64,000 nucleotides of DNA from Gracilinanus agilis (Eukaryota): contig NC_058130.1 of assembly GCF_016433145.1 (NCBI RefSeq), positions 163,124,085 through 163,188,084 of the forward strand, in the 5' to 3' direction. Every line of letters starts with the position of its first letter. The first letter of the stretch is position 1. The position numbers and the translations under genes were made by a program. This document shows positions 12,741-24,260 of this stretch, piece by piece. The notes under the pieces were generated by a model. It saw nothing but the letters and a program-made list of their open reading frames with translations. It was not told the DNA's origin and ran no database searches.

Positions 12741-13925
12741 TAATTAAGGTTGGTAGGCCATACTGGCCATATTCAAGCAAAGAAAAATTCGATGGTTCTT
12801 GTATATTATATAAAAATTTGGTAATACCATTCAAATTTATTTTGCAAAACTGGTGGTCCTGTTTCTAGCCCCAAACATGTCTCAGCATCCCACTTCTTTA
12901 CCATGCTTAGAGGTCTGGAATCCTTAACTGTCTATCTTTCTTGATGATATTTTTTTCTTTGCATTATAGACCACAGTGTTTATGTGGATATCTTTGTGGT
13001 TATTTATTTCTTCCTGTATCACTTTTCTCTGTTTATTTTTTCCAAAGAAGTGCCAAAATGCTCTTACCATACTCCCTTGGGAACTGTTACTGCCTAGCGT
13101 TACTCAGTTTTGTCACAAAACCATAGAATCAGCTAAGAAGGAGTCACAGATACCATAATTATTCCACAAATGGCCAATGACTGCAGGATCCTATGGTCGT
13201 TTTGTTCAATCTAAATAGAAGATACTATTATATCTCCCCAAATTGTTTCCCACACTGAGAAGTTAAATCTAGCTTAGTGTTGTGGGAAATTTTCAGTCCT
13301 ATATAAAAAGCTTTTATGAACCATAGAGGGAAATTGGATCAGGGATTTGGCTGATTGTTCTGGAGTCCAGGGTTTTAGCATAGTAGGAAAGGTAACTCAG
13401 TGAAATAATGGAGATAGAGCCATATTTGTGATTGTGTAGAGCCTGGTGATCCCACTTAGTTTATTTGTGTAAGAGAAGCAAGGGGACCATTCTTGGTGGC
13501 ATTATTATGTATAATCTCCTCCTGACATCTTTTAAGGGTGGGAGCAATCCCAAATGACACCAATTGGGCATGTATCTTTCTGAAAGTACAAGTTCATCAA
13601 ATTAGTTTTCCTACATAAATGGAACCCCAACAATGGCAGAGGTTCTGGGGCATTAATTGAGTAATAAGAGCATTGATAACTCCCTTCATTCCTTGGTGGA
13701 TTTCCTTTCATTGCCTTCCCTGCTATATTAAAATAAAGCAGGATGTTCCAGTGTACCTCACCTCAGAAAATGGAAGGGACTGTCATGTAGGGAAGGAGGA
13801 GATAGAAGAATAGGCTTTAAAAGTTTGTCTCTGCAAACATATTAGTTAAAGAGCTTACAACCGATAAGTGTTCATTAAATATCTACTCTGTGCTAGGTAC
13901 TGAGCTAGGCACTGGAGATTCAAAT

Positions 13926-14181
13926 TTTGTTGTTGTTGAATTCTTTTCAGTCATGTTTGATTCTTCATGTCCCTATCTGAGATTTTCTTGGCAGAAATAC
14001 TGCAGTGGTTTTTCCATTTCCTTCTCCAGCTCATTTTAGAGTTGATAAAACTAGGGAAGGCAGGGATCATTGACTTGTTTAGGGTCATACACCTAGTAAG
14101 GTCTGAGGCCATATCTGAACTCAGGAAAATGAGTCTTCCTGACTCCAGGTTCGCACTTTATCCATTGGACCACCTAGCCCC
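13926..14181 (-). mobile_element. MAR1 SINE
   Basis: (ttg)n tail, RTE/BovB-like segment ttttcttggcagaaatactg...ccatttccttctccagctc, CORE, and tRNA-derived head ending ccacctagcccc. Confidence 0.85.
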
Positions 14182-14329
14182 TGGGGATGCAAATAAAGAA
14201 TGAAACAATGCCTTCTTTCAAAAGTTTTACATTCTTATGTCTGTACTTCCCAACATTTAATACTCTTAGAATTTTAATTCAGGAATTTAGAGGGACACAG
14301 TTGTTTTTTTAAAATTGAATCTTATCCAA

Positions 14330-14780
14330 TGGACATTTATTATGTCAGCCATTATTAAATTTGGAGGATACAATGAAAAATAATCCCTATTTTCAAAGAT
14401 CACTTTTTATCAGTGAAACTGATAGCTATATATTGAGTAGTCAGGGATAATAATAGCTAGCAGGATCAGGAAAGACTACATAGAAGAGGTGGCAAATAAA
14501 CTGAGCCTTGGGGAAAGGGGAGGATTCTAAGAGAAGGCGGTGAAAAACAATGCAGGAAAGTGTAGAGATGGAAAATGAAACAAACAGCTAGTTTGGTTGG
14601 ATCTGAGACTGTGTGAAAGAGAGTAATGTGCATTTAGCCTAGATGGGTAGGGAGGATCCAGATTATGAAGGATATTAAATGTCAAACTGAGGGCTCTGTA
14701 GTTTATCTTAGAGGTAATAGGGAGTCATTGAAGGATCCTGAGCAAGAATATGATTAAACTTATACTTTAGGAAGATTGTT
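14330..14780 (-). mobile_element. L2 fragment
   Basis: Purine-rich reverse-complement L2 3' region (gatccagattatgaagg...ggagtcattgaagg...ctttaggaagat). Confidence 0.7.
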
Positions 14781-15429
14781 TTTAGAAACACATATTGTTT
14801 TCACTGTGTGTATGTACTTTTTATTAAATACCAAGAATTTCTGTTGTACATTGAAACAATTCAACAGGTGATCTACTATGCATATGATATCCCATTTTCT
14901 TCTTCTACCATCTCATTAATGTAATCTATCATCTTATGGTTCCCACTTGGGATTTTTAAATGGAGATCAAAGACTTTGGTTAACTAAAGGGATTAGTTTT
15001 GATAATAAAATTTATAACATCAAATATTACATAGCCCTGCCCTACCTAGCCATGCTCTTCTGAGAGGCCTTAACACTTACTTGAGAAATGTTCCATTCTA
15101 TAGAAAATGGGAACGCCCACCTCCCTCATTAGCAAGACAACATTTTATTTGATTGATAAGAGAAATAGATAGGATAATATTTAGATTGTACCTGTCATAT
15201 GTAACATCTAACACAGTTGCTACAGGATATGTTCTTGGTCAGGAGGTCTAACCTGAGGCATACTTCTACTTAAATATTTTAGTGAGTTTTTTTGACATGC
15301 AGTCCACTGTATCTCCAGACTGGACTCCTGAATTACAGCTTAAAATGTCACAATAACCTAACTTCTGACACTGATTATTTACATGATAATTATTTCTTTA
15401 AAAACATATCAATAATTCTTTCTGATGTT

Positions 15430-15590
15430 TATCTCCAACTGATATTGTACATAGCTTGTTTGTACATAGATGGTGGCATGTTGTCTCCCCTATTAGACTA
15501 CGAGCTTCTTGAGATCAGGGACTGTCTTTTGCCTTTCTGTGTATCCCTAGCATTTAGCACAATGTCTCACACATGATAGGTGTTTTTTCT
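15430..15590 (+). mobile_element. L2 3' terminus
   Basis: ctcccctattagactacgagcttcttgagatcagggactgtc...gtatccctagcatttagcaca. Confidence 0.75.
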
Positions 15591-16590
15591 ATGTAATTAA
15601 ATTTTTTTCTCATCTCAAAGAAGTTTGTCACTGGCTCTAAAACTTTTTAGAGCCAAATACATATTTGGGTGTCTTAATGGCCCTTTAACATATTTTAATA
15701 TGATAATAAGAATTTATTATCATAAGAGATAAAAATAAGAATTTATAAGAATTGTGTAAGAATTTATTAATTTTTCTTTCATACTTCAAAAGTATTTTAT
15801 GTATTCAAAATCTAGAGTTGCTTTTTAGTTCAATTTAATAAATCAACTAATAAAAACGTTTGTACCCAGCACTATGCTAGCTCCAGGTAATACATAGATA
15901 AGAATGACAATGAGGAACTTATATTCTATCCAGTAAAAGAGAATATAGATGAAAAGATGCATCCATTTCATCCTGTTGATATGAGGTTGATATTTCTTTA
16001 GAGAATAAGCATTTATATAGTGTCTACTGTGTGCCTGCTAGGCACTGTGCTAAATGCTTGTTTACAAATATTATCTCATGTTTAAATGTTCCTTTACTGT
16101 TAGAGTAGAAATGCAGATGAAAACATGAGATTTATCACTTGTTTATTTGGATATATGATTTGGGTTTTTGGTTTTATAAGATTATTCTCTTACAAAAATG
16201 AATAATATCAGAAAAATAAGTGTTCTTTTAGCTGCTGTGATGAGAGTGAATGGGTCACACTGGTGCCTTGGAGACAGGATTAGTGATATAATGTATATGT
16301 GTCCGTATATATGCAATATATGTATACATACACATAAATATATATTATATAAACCCAATACACATGTATAGGTACATGTAGATAGAATATATATTTTACA
16401 TACATATTTATGCACCTATGTATTAGGTTTCTTATACTTCTTGGTACAAGTACTATAAGCTATGAGCTCAGAGATTTGGAAGAACAACTTTCCTGGTAAT
16501 TGTGCTCCCTTGGAATTTTCTATGTGATTTCTCAGATTCTAATTATTCAATTGTAAATGTAATTTTCTTTCTAATTATTTGAAAGGGAGA

Positions 16591-16840
16591 GGGTAGCTAG
16601 GCAGCACAGTGGATATAGTGCCAGGCCTGGAGTAAGGAATTTTGGAGTTCAAATCTAGCCTTAGACACTTAATAGCTATGTGACCCATGACAAGTCACTT
16701 AACCCCATTGTCCTCAGTTTCCTCTTCTGTAAAATGAGCTGGAGAAGGACATGGTAAACCATACCAGTTTCTTTGCTAAAAAAACTCCAAATGGGGTCAC
16801 AAAGAGTTGGACAGAACTGAAATGACCAAAAACAACAAAA
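16591..16840 (+). mobile_element. MAR1 SINE
   Basis: gggtagctaggcagcacagtggata head, CORE, gagctggagaagga...gggtcacaaagagttggacagaactga tail. Confidence 0.9.
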
Positions 16841-17084
16841 TTATTTGAAAACATTCACTAAATATAAAATGCCTACTTTGGGCAAGTGTGATGCACTGAG
16901 GTGGCACTAGTGGGGGATGAAGATAAAGAAGATAGAGCTTCTGCCCTTCAGGGAATTTACTATTTGGTATTATAGTGGTGATGTTAGGAAAGCCTGCCTG
17001 GTCTGGACTCTTTGAAAGGAAAACTTGCTTTCTTTTGTCTCATAGCTAAAGAAATTTGGAAGAACCATTTGAAATGACAAGGGG

Positions 17085-17090
17085 ACTAAT
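17085..17090 (+). promoter_or_regulatory. Candidate branch point (ACTAAT) for the 75-nt NTRK2 exon
   Basis: gACTAAT about 31 nt upstream of the acceptor AG at 17119-17120. Confidence 0.55.
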
Positions 17091-17120
17091 CTGGAAATTT
17101 ATCTCTTTATTTTTTCACAG

Positions 17121-17195
17121 TTATATTGCCAGACAGCCGAAGTTAGAATCCATCACTGAAGATGACCTGGAAGGCTATGTGGGGCTGAAAAATCT
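17121..17195 (+). CDS. NTRK2: NTRK2/TrkB coding exon, LRR (75 nt, phase 2-2): YIARQPKLESITEDDLEGYVGLKN
   Basis: tttttcacAG acceptor and GTGAGT donor. Translation aligns to human TrkB [25 protein letters not shown]. Confidence 0.95.
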
Positions 17196-17269
17196 GTGAG
17201 TGCTCACATAGCCACACTTTGTCTCAAACTTTGTTGTTTTTAATTTTGGCTTAATTTATGCTTGCTGGA

Positions 17270-17287
17270 TACTAATACTTGTGTAAT
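17270..17287 (+). promoter_or_regulatory. Candidate branch point TACTAAT and bipartite ACTAAY-N7-TAAY motif in the 104-nt intron
   Basis: TACTAAT at 17270-17276, about 24 nt from the acceptor. TAAT at 17284-17287. Confidence 0.6.
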
Positions 17288-17299
17288 TTGTTTGCATAG

Positions 17300-17371
17300 A
17301 ACGGTGGTGGAATCAGGACTAAGAATGGTGGCTCATCAGGCCTTTCTGAAAAACCCCAATCTGCAGTACAT
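17300..17371 (+). CDS. NTRK2: NTRK2 coding exon, LRR (72 nt, phase 2-2): TVVESGLRMVAHQAFLKNPNLQY
   Basis: tttgcatAG acceptor and GTGAGT donor. Matches human [24 protein letters not shown]. Confidence 0.95.
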
Positions 17372-18315
17372 GTGAGTAAAGGCTTTTTTTTTTCCTGTTG
17401 CTCTCTGGGATATAACAGATACAACTCTCCTCTTGCCTTTGTTTTTCTCCTTTTCCTTCCAATTGAGATCTTAAAATGATTTTTTTTTGGGAAAAGATTA
17501 GCATAACTGTGATAATGACCTACAAGCATCTGCTCTTATTTCATTATATTTTGAGGAACACACTAGAAGGGCATTAAAAGCAGCCTGTTTATTCTCCTTC
17601 TTGAACTTCTGGGTCATTTCCATGTTGTACCGAGCTGAAGCCAACTGGCAGAGTCTTATGTGAAAGCTATTTCCCAAAAGAGACTCCTTGGTTCTTTTTC
17701 CCTGGAATCTTTATGTGTTCCCTGGAAGAAATGGGACTTTTGCATTGGGGGAAAAATGGACTTGGAGCATTTCCTAACACTAATGGTCATTCCTCTACAC
17801 TGGGCTTTTCATAACTACCTTCATTTTCCTAGAACCAACCTGTAGTGCATTGATAAAAGAGGAGGGAAGAATAATCAGCAGGCAAGGAGAAGGCTTGGAG
17901 GTTCATTAATAAGATGGAGTGCTTTGGCCAAGTTATATTGATGTGTAGTCGACTGTAGTGAAATAGGAATATTATAGAAAATGGAAGCTATTAGCTGGGT
18001 GTTTACTGCCTGTTCCTGTTAGATGATGGCTCAGAGTCAATAAGTTATAGCTTTCCCAAGAAGTTTCCTCAATGATCCAGAGATTTTTCCCATATGACTA
18101 GACCAAAAAAGGCTTTTCCCTTTAGAAAACTGATTATTATCACATCCTGGGTTTTTACAGTGGGAGCAGGGGATTTACACAAGGTTGCATCTAATGGTAT
18201 TTCTTGACTCACTCATTCCCAATTTTCTCTGTTGTATTTTGCCAAATTATTTTTGGAAGGTGCCTTGCAGATAACTAATGTACCAACTTTTTAACCTTTA
18301 TTTATTTATTTTTTC

Positions 18316-18730
18316 CAGACTTGTGATTTTACTGGTGTAAGGGAGTGGTATAAAACTCAAATAGAAATGGGCCCTACTAAACCATGCATAAGGATCTCTG
18401 AGGGCTGTCTATTGATGAAGAAAACCACATATTAATGTTATCTATGTTTTATTGTATTTTAGTTTATTGTATTAAATGTTTCCCAGTTATATTTTAATTT
18501 GATTTGGGCCCACACAGGAGTATTCTGGGCCATAAATTTGAAGACCTTGATGTAGGGAACTACCAAGTGAGAACATTCCCTCTTCTAATACAGAGCAGCA
18601 AATATTTTGTAATTTATAGTTTTAGAAAATTCTTTGGGCCTTTCAGAGATTAATTTACTTGCTCAGGGTCACTAATATGTGTCAGAGGAGGATGTTGAAC
18701 CCGAGTCTTCCTGACTCAGACTCTAGCTTT
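18316..18730 (-). mobile_element. Marsupial CORE-SINE (WALLSI4-like, name from recall) interrupted by a MITE
   Basis: cagacttgtgattttactggtgta...[MITE]...gggaactaccaagtgagaacattccctcttctaatacag...ttgctcagggtcac...gaacccgagtcttcctgactc. Confidence 0.7.
18343..18549. mobile_element. hAT-Charlie-type MITE
   Basis: Ends (g)agtggtataaaactcaaatagaa and tttgaagaccttg. Flanking 8-mers GTGTAAGG and ATGTAGGG (6/8 match). A homologous copy lies at 40134-40320 in the opposite orientation. Confidence 0.7.
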
Positions 18731-19810
18731 AAGTTTCACCTTTAGGGAGTGATACTTAGCATGGTGTTCTTGAAGTAATAGATAGAGGATATCACTTATA
18801 GAGTAATCTCTTTTAGATTACATTGACCAAATATTTAGGACATTTGTTTATTGTGTGAGAACAGTGATATTATAAAGCAAAATATTATAACTTCATTCAT
18901 ATTTTGTAGGAGTCAAAGAAGATGATGCTCCTTTGAAAATGAAGTTTATAGCCTTAATATATGAAGTAGAAAGTAAACAGTAAGATAAGACCAAGGAACT
19001 TTATTAACACATTTCCTCTGAATACTTTTTGGCAGCTGCTCTGCCATCAGTTTGCCTGCACACATCTGATGCCTGCGTAGGTCTTGATAACATAAACAAC
19101 AGATTAGCTGGATAGAGGGAAAAGTCAGAATGCTTTAATACAATCACTTAAGTGTAATTAATGGCCTCAGTAGTTGGGTTCTGGCATTTTCATTGCAACT
19201 GACCTTAGACCCAGATTACTCAACAATGCCATTTAGCTCACTGTTTTGCCACACACATCACTTTTTCTAGAGTCATGATTTATAAACTGAGAGACCTATA
19301 GCTAACAGTAGTGGGCTTATTCCTTCTGCTCACCAGTCAATACACTTAGCATCATGGCGGTTAGAAAAGACTTTGAAGCTTATTGAGTGAAATGGCTTCA
19401 TTTATGTGACTTTCTCTAGGACACATAACTATTAAGTAAATGAGGCAGGATTCAAACTCATGTCTTTCTTACCTTAAGCCCAGCCCATCTTCCTGATGCT
19501 ATGTTTCTTTGTTTAAATACTATGATTAATCCCACAGTGTATTTTTCCCCCTCAGCAACATAAAACAGAATGACTAGAGTAGTAAAATATATTAAGAGAT
19601 TATCTTTATATGACTAAAATGAATCTAAAAGACCTACTCACACCCCTTCAAAGAATTTGATTTTTAAAGCAGAAATTTTAGATAAGAGAGACATATATCA
19701 AGTTTCCTAAAGTATGTCAATAGGTAGAAAATGGAACATTTTAAACCTCCTCCTCGTTCTCTGTATTCTTCCTCCTCCTCCTTCTCCTCCTCCTCTGGCC
19801 TTCTCTTCCT

Positions 19811-20075
19811 CATCTCACTCAAGCCAGAAGTGCCATGACCACTCACAGACCAGGCACTGATAGGATTGGTGTGGAAGCTTTCACTTGATCTGTTTTTCTC
19901 ACCCAGGACAATTTGTTCCTCCTTAGACAGCCTGGTGGCCCTTTGTTCCTACGGGATCATGGCACTTGTCATTTAGTGATGACACCTTACCAGTTTTAGT
20001 ACTGAACTCGAGCTACTCATTAGCTTCAGCTTCTACCAGGAATTGGGATTACAGGCATTCACCAACATTCCCAAT
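19811..20075 (-). pseudogene. Full-length 7SL (SRP RNA) retrocopy, P7SL-type
   Basis: Collinear with the reverse complement of 7SL. ctccttagacagcctggtggccc matches the S-domain CTCCTTAGGCAACCTGGTGGTCCC, and gggattacaggcattcacca matches the Alu domain. A decayed pyrimidine tail lies at about 19750-19810. Confidence 0.85.
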
Positions 20076-20214
20076 AAGCTACAAATTCACAGAATAAACT
20101 ACAAACATTCTACTGATAATAGTCATTGTTTTCAATTATATGAGGAAGTAGGAAGCAAGATTTTAAAAAAAAGAAGAAGAAAAATGATGGAAAACTAATG
20201 TATATACATGATAC

Positions 20215-20467
20215 TGTAAGATTAAAAGTTAATATCCAAATACTTCAAGTATTATATTTTTATAAGAATTTACTAATAATAACTTGAATAAAAGAGCAAA
20301 GAGAGTTACCCGGACCAAGAAAAGCAGGAAGAGAGAGCCCCAAAAGTTTGGGTCTCAGCAAACTTATTTACAAAAGGACTCAAAGTAGGGAACATAATTC
20401 AAGGAATTCTGGGAAAAGTAAAGGAATTCTGGGGAAAGTAGTCCTGAGGTACACAATTCTATTTACA
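20215..20467 (-). mobile_element. Short solo LTR (253 bp)
   Basis: TGTAA...TTACA termini. Flanking 6-mers TGATAC and TAATAC. Internal ~20-bp tandem repeat. One end is homologous to the LTR at 24261-24649. Confidence 0.7.
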
Positions 20468-21017
20468 TAATACAAAATGTTTTTCATTGGTGAAAACAGC
20501 ATAAAAATTAAATCTCTATTAAATCTCTTAAGTTCATGAATGCATGGATCTCAGTAGCAGCCTTTGGGTTTAGGTAGGAGAGCGGAAATAAATGGGTTGA
20601 TTTCCTCAAAATACTATAAAACTCCTAGTGGACAGGCACTATTTCTCCATTTGTCTGTGTGTCTCCAGTGCTTAGCACAGAGCTATGAATCTAGGAGAAC
20701 CCTAATAAATACTTGCTCAGTCAGATTGGAGACCTCATGCCACAAATTGGACTACCACCCCTGGAGAACTTTGTAAGGTGGTGTTTCTTGATATGGTGAG
20801 GGGAAAATGAAAAGAGCTGTTAGTGGAATGATTTCTTCTACTTAACAGTACTAGTCAGAGGATTTCATTACTGATTTGAAAATCACTCAGTAAACATTTA
20901 TTACACACTTACCATATGCTAGGCACTGTGCTAATAATGGCTGAGGATGCAAAAATAGGGAAAAGTCAGGCTTACCCTTGAGGAACTTAGCATCTAATGG
21001 GATTTACAACATACAAA

Positions 21018-21057
21018 TGTGTGTGTGTGTGTGTATGTATATATATATATATATATA
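21018..21057. repeat. Compound (TG)n/(TA)n microsatellite
   Basis: Direct reading. Confidence 0.95.
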
Positions 21058-21094
21058 ACGCAGAAACACACATATGTATACAAACATATACACA

Positions 21095-21368
21095 GAGGGT
21101 AGCTGCATGGCACAGTAGATAGAATACCAGACCTGAAGTTGGGAAGACTCCTCAGCCTGAGTTCAAATCTGGTCTCAGACACTTACTATCTATATGACTC
21201 TGGGGGAAGTCATTTAACCCTATTTGCCTTAGTTTCCCCTTCTGTAAAATGAGCTGGAGAAGGAAATGGAAAAAATAGAGAAAAAAAACATTCTAAGTAT
21301 CTTTGCCAAGAAAACTCCAAATGAAGTCAAAAAGAGTGGGAATGACTGAAATGAGTGAACAATAAAAA
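21095..21368 (+). mobile_element. MAR1 SINE within an L2 remnant
   Basis: Head, CORE, and gagctggagaaggaaatgg...gtatctttgccaagaaaactccaaatg tail. L2-like sequence on both sides. Confidence 0.85.
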
Positions 21369-23239
21369 CCTGTTTATAGGATAAATAGGAAATCATTAAC
21401 AAAGAAGGTGCTAGAATTAAGAGGAGTTATGAAAGGCTTCCTATAAAAGATAAGATTTTAGCTGAGATTCAAAGGAACCAGGCAAATCTGTAGGTAGAGT
21501 TGAGGAGAGAGAACAATCTAGGCATGGGGAACAGACAGAGAAAAAGACCAGAGCTAAAAGTGTTGCATTTAAACATTTTATTCTAAGTTATATTTTAGAG
21601 GAATAAAAATTGGAATCTTTTCTCTCTCTCCTCATCCTTCTCTTTTCCATTTCAGCTCTCATGTTTGGCTTATTACAGTAATTGGCCGGGGCATTTGTAG
21701 TCATACTTACTTTCAGGATGTCAACACTCCATGTAGATAAGTTGATACATTCTTCTGGTCACTGGAATCCATGCCAGAACCCCAAAGCTCAGGATAACTT
21801 TAATGATTATGAATAAAGCTAGTGATTCTGTTTTAGAGAGATCTTTGAGAAAGTGCAGATTAATTAGCTCCTTAGCGAAGCTATATAACCGAACAGTAAG
21901 AGGTTTGTGGCCCCTCTCTCTTTCCTCTCCTCTGTCCCATCTCTCTTTTTGGCTATAATAATAAGTATAGTTCACAAAAGTCCTATCATACTTTGACCCA
22001 TAATATTAATCTGTGCTGTTCTTTGGCAACTCTGCAAAATGTGCTCTTCCTATGGCCTGGTGTTCTTAGCAAATAGTAGGAACTTTAGGAAAAAGCAGTG
22101 TTTCTCCCTTTTCTCTTACTTTGTTTTTTTAACCATTACTTTTTCTTTCTGGGAAGGGCCTGTTTCGGGCAAAGAAAGAACAATTTTTAATGAAAAAAAT
22201 TGTCTCTTTCCTACAAATCAAGAAAAAGACAAACAGACTTTTCATGTTCATTTGGTCAAAGGAAAGTTCTTCTTAATTCATTTTTTTAAAGAAAGAAAAG
22301 GTTTATGTGAGCATATTTTACAGTTTTCTTTTGGATTTATTTTGGGTGGGTGAATATTTCACACAAAATTTGGACAGAGAAGATGCAAACTAACTAGAAG
22401 AGATATATAGATATATGCTAGGATACTGGGTGGTGGTTTGAATAGTATAATTATAGAATTAACTGGAAAATGGGCACACCACCAAATTTTGCCTATTCAA
22501 AAACTTAATATAAGGTTAGCATTTGGACTTCATATACCTTCATTTAATGAAATATTTAAGTCATCATTTTCTTTATGCCTCTCCTGCAGAAGTGGCCTGG
22601 ATAGTTAGTAGCTTAGTATTTATAGACATAAGCCACCTGTTAGCATCTGTGTTTTATCACTTTGTAGGAAATTCTTGATCCAGACCACCAGTATCTAGAT
22701 AACATTTACTTTATCATAAAATCTCAATTGGCTCTAGTAGCCATCATCTAAGTAACTAAACTTGTATCAATGCCAATTCATATTTGGAAGGGGTTGTTTT
22801 CTGAGGCATAGGGCCCAGATAGAGTCAGGAAATTATTTGTCCTTAGAGGCATTCAGCAAGACAGAATTCAGGTGGCAGAGTGGATAGAGTGCCAGACTTG
22901 GAGTCAGGAGGACCTGAGTTCAAATATAGCCTTAGACACTTCCTAACTGTGTGATTCTGTTTGCTTAGCTCATGTTCTTCTTCTTTGAAGATCTTACTAG
23001 GTCAGGAAGTAAGGGTTACTTAAAAAAAAAAAGAAGCATACAGGCAGAGTAGATAACTACTTGTGGGAGATAATTTTGCCTTGAAAAAGGATGCATGGAG
23101 GAGCTGTATTGAGTTGGATAAGTCCTTCAAGACCTCTTCCCATTCTAAGGGTCTAATAAGGTATTCAACATTTCTATAATCCACCAAGTTCAGAGCAGAA
23201 AACAGATGCTAAGAAACCAAGTGGCTTACCCAAGTGTAT

Positions 23240-23653
23240 AGGTAGTTGGATAGAGAGCTGGGCTTACAGGAAGACCTGGCTTCTAGTCCTGCCTTTGAAC
23301 CATTCTGACTAGGTAACTCTTAAGCAAGTCAGTACCCCAGACAACTCTTGAAGATAAAAAGGCTCAGGGTAAACATTTGTCAGGGATGTGCTGGAGCTTG
23401 CTCAAACTGTTTCAGATGACAATTGTTAAATTTTCAGTGTGAGCATTTACACTTTAAAATCAGCAAATGCTACAAAGAATTAGGGAGAGAATTATTGTCC
23501 TGTTGATTGTCTAGCCTTAGGAAAGTGATGGTTAATAATATAAATTAATCCAGAGAGCTTGTTAAATATTTACCAGCACACCGCTGGTATTCATTTATAA
23601 TAGTTGAAGGAGTATCCACATAGAGTTCTTGGTATTGATGAAAAACAGGTCTG
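23240..23653 (+). mobile_element. WALLSI4-like CORE-SINE interrupted by a MER63-like element
   Basis: ggatagagagctgggc...caggaagacctgg...gacaactcttgaaga[insert]...gagttcttggtattgatgaaaaacaggtctg is the reverse complement of the family at 18316 and 40030. Confidence 0.65.
23381..23586. mobile_element. MER63-like hAT MITE
   Basis: TIRs CAGGGATGTGCTGG and CCAGCACACCGCTG (12/14 complementary). Internal attgttaaattttcag is typical of MER63. Flanks ACATTTGT and GTATTCAT differ only by transitions. Confidence 0.8.
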
Positions 23654-24260
23654 ATTCCTTTTCTCTAGCAAAAAAATAATTGGGACTCTGGGCTATTTTA
23701 GTACATGACTATTTGCTTTTTATAAACATTATTTACTTATTTTTAGTTAATTCTTATATTCATTAGAGACCTAAATGTTGGACATATTTTATATGAATCA
23801 AAACTTCAGATTCACATAGTCGATAAGGAGCCAAGGCTAGTGTTTCAAAATGTATTCCTCTGGATCCTATATCCTAATCATGGGAGACGGAATCTAATGG
23901 AACAAAATGAATTTTGAGGGGAATGTTCCCATGACTTCAGTTCAGTATTTATCATAAAAATCTTCATTTGATTATGGATGAATACCAGTAGGATACATTG
24001 TCAGAAGAGTTCAGGAACAAATCTAGGGTCAAGCATTCACAGATGCATAAACTGTTAGAAATGATCTAGGCCAGGACTTAAACTTTTTATATATGATTCC
24101 TTTAGCATCAGTTTCCTCATCTATAAAATGAAGGTATTAATTAAATAGCCTCTGAGGCTCCTTCCAGGTCTCAATCTGAGTTCCTATGATCCCCTTTTTC
24201 CTTAGAGACATATGCCATATTTAAATAAGACCTTGGAAAATTCTATGTATGGAAGTACTC

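Noticed and set aside
15706-15770. Degenerate TAAGAAT tandem units; also a 13-bp tandem duplication at 50794-50819
   Set aside because: Ordinary slippage products in AT-rich DNA. There are no unique spacers, so this is not CRISPR-like.
13926-21368. Inverted MAR1 copies flanking the first two LRR exons as a circRNA or skipping driver
   Set aside because: The copies are visibly diverged, and a nearer competing partner (16591-16840) lies on the same side of the exons.
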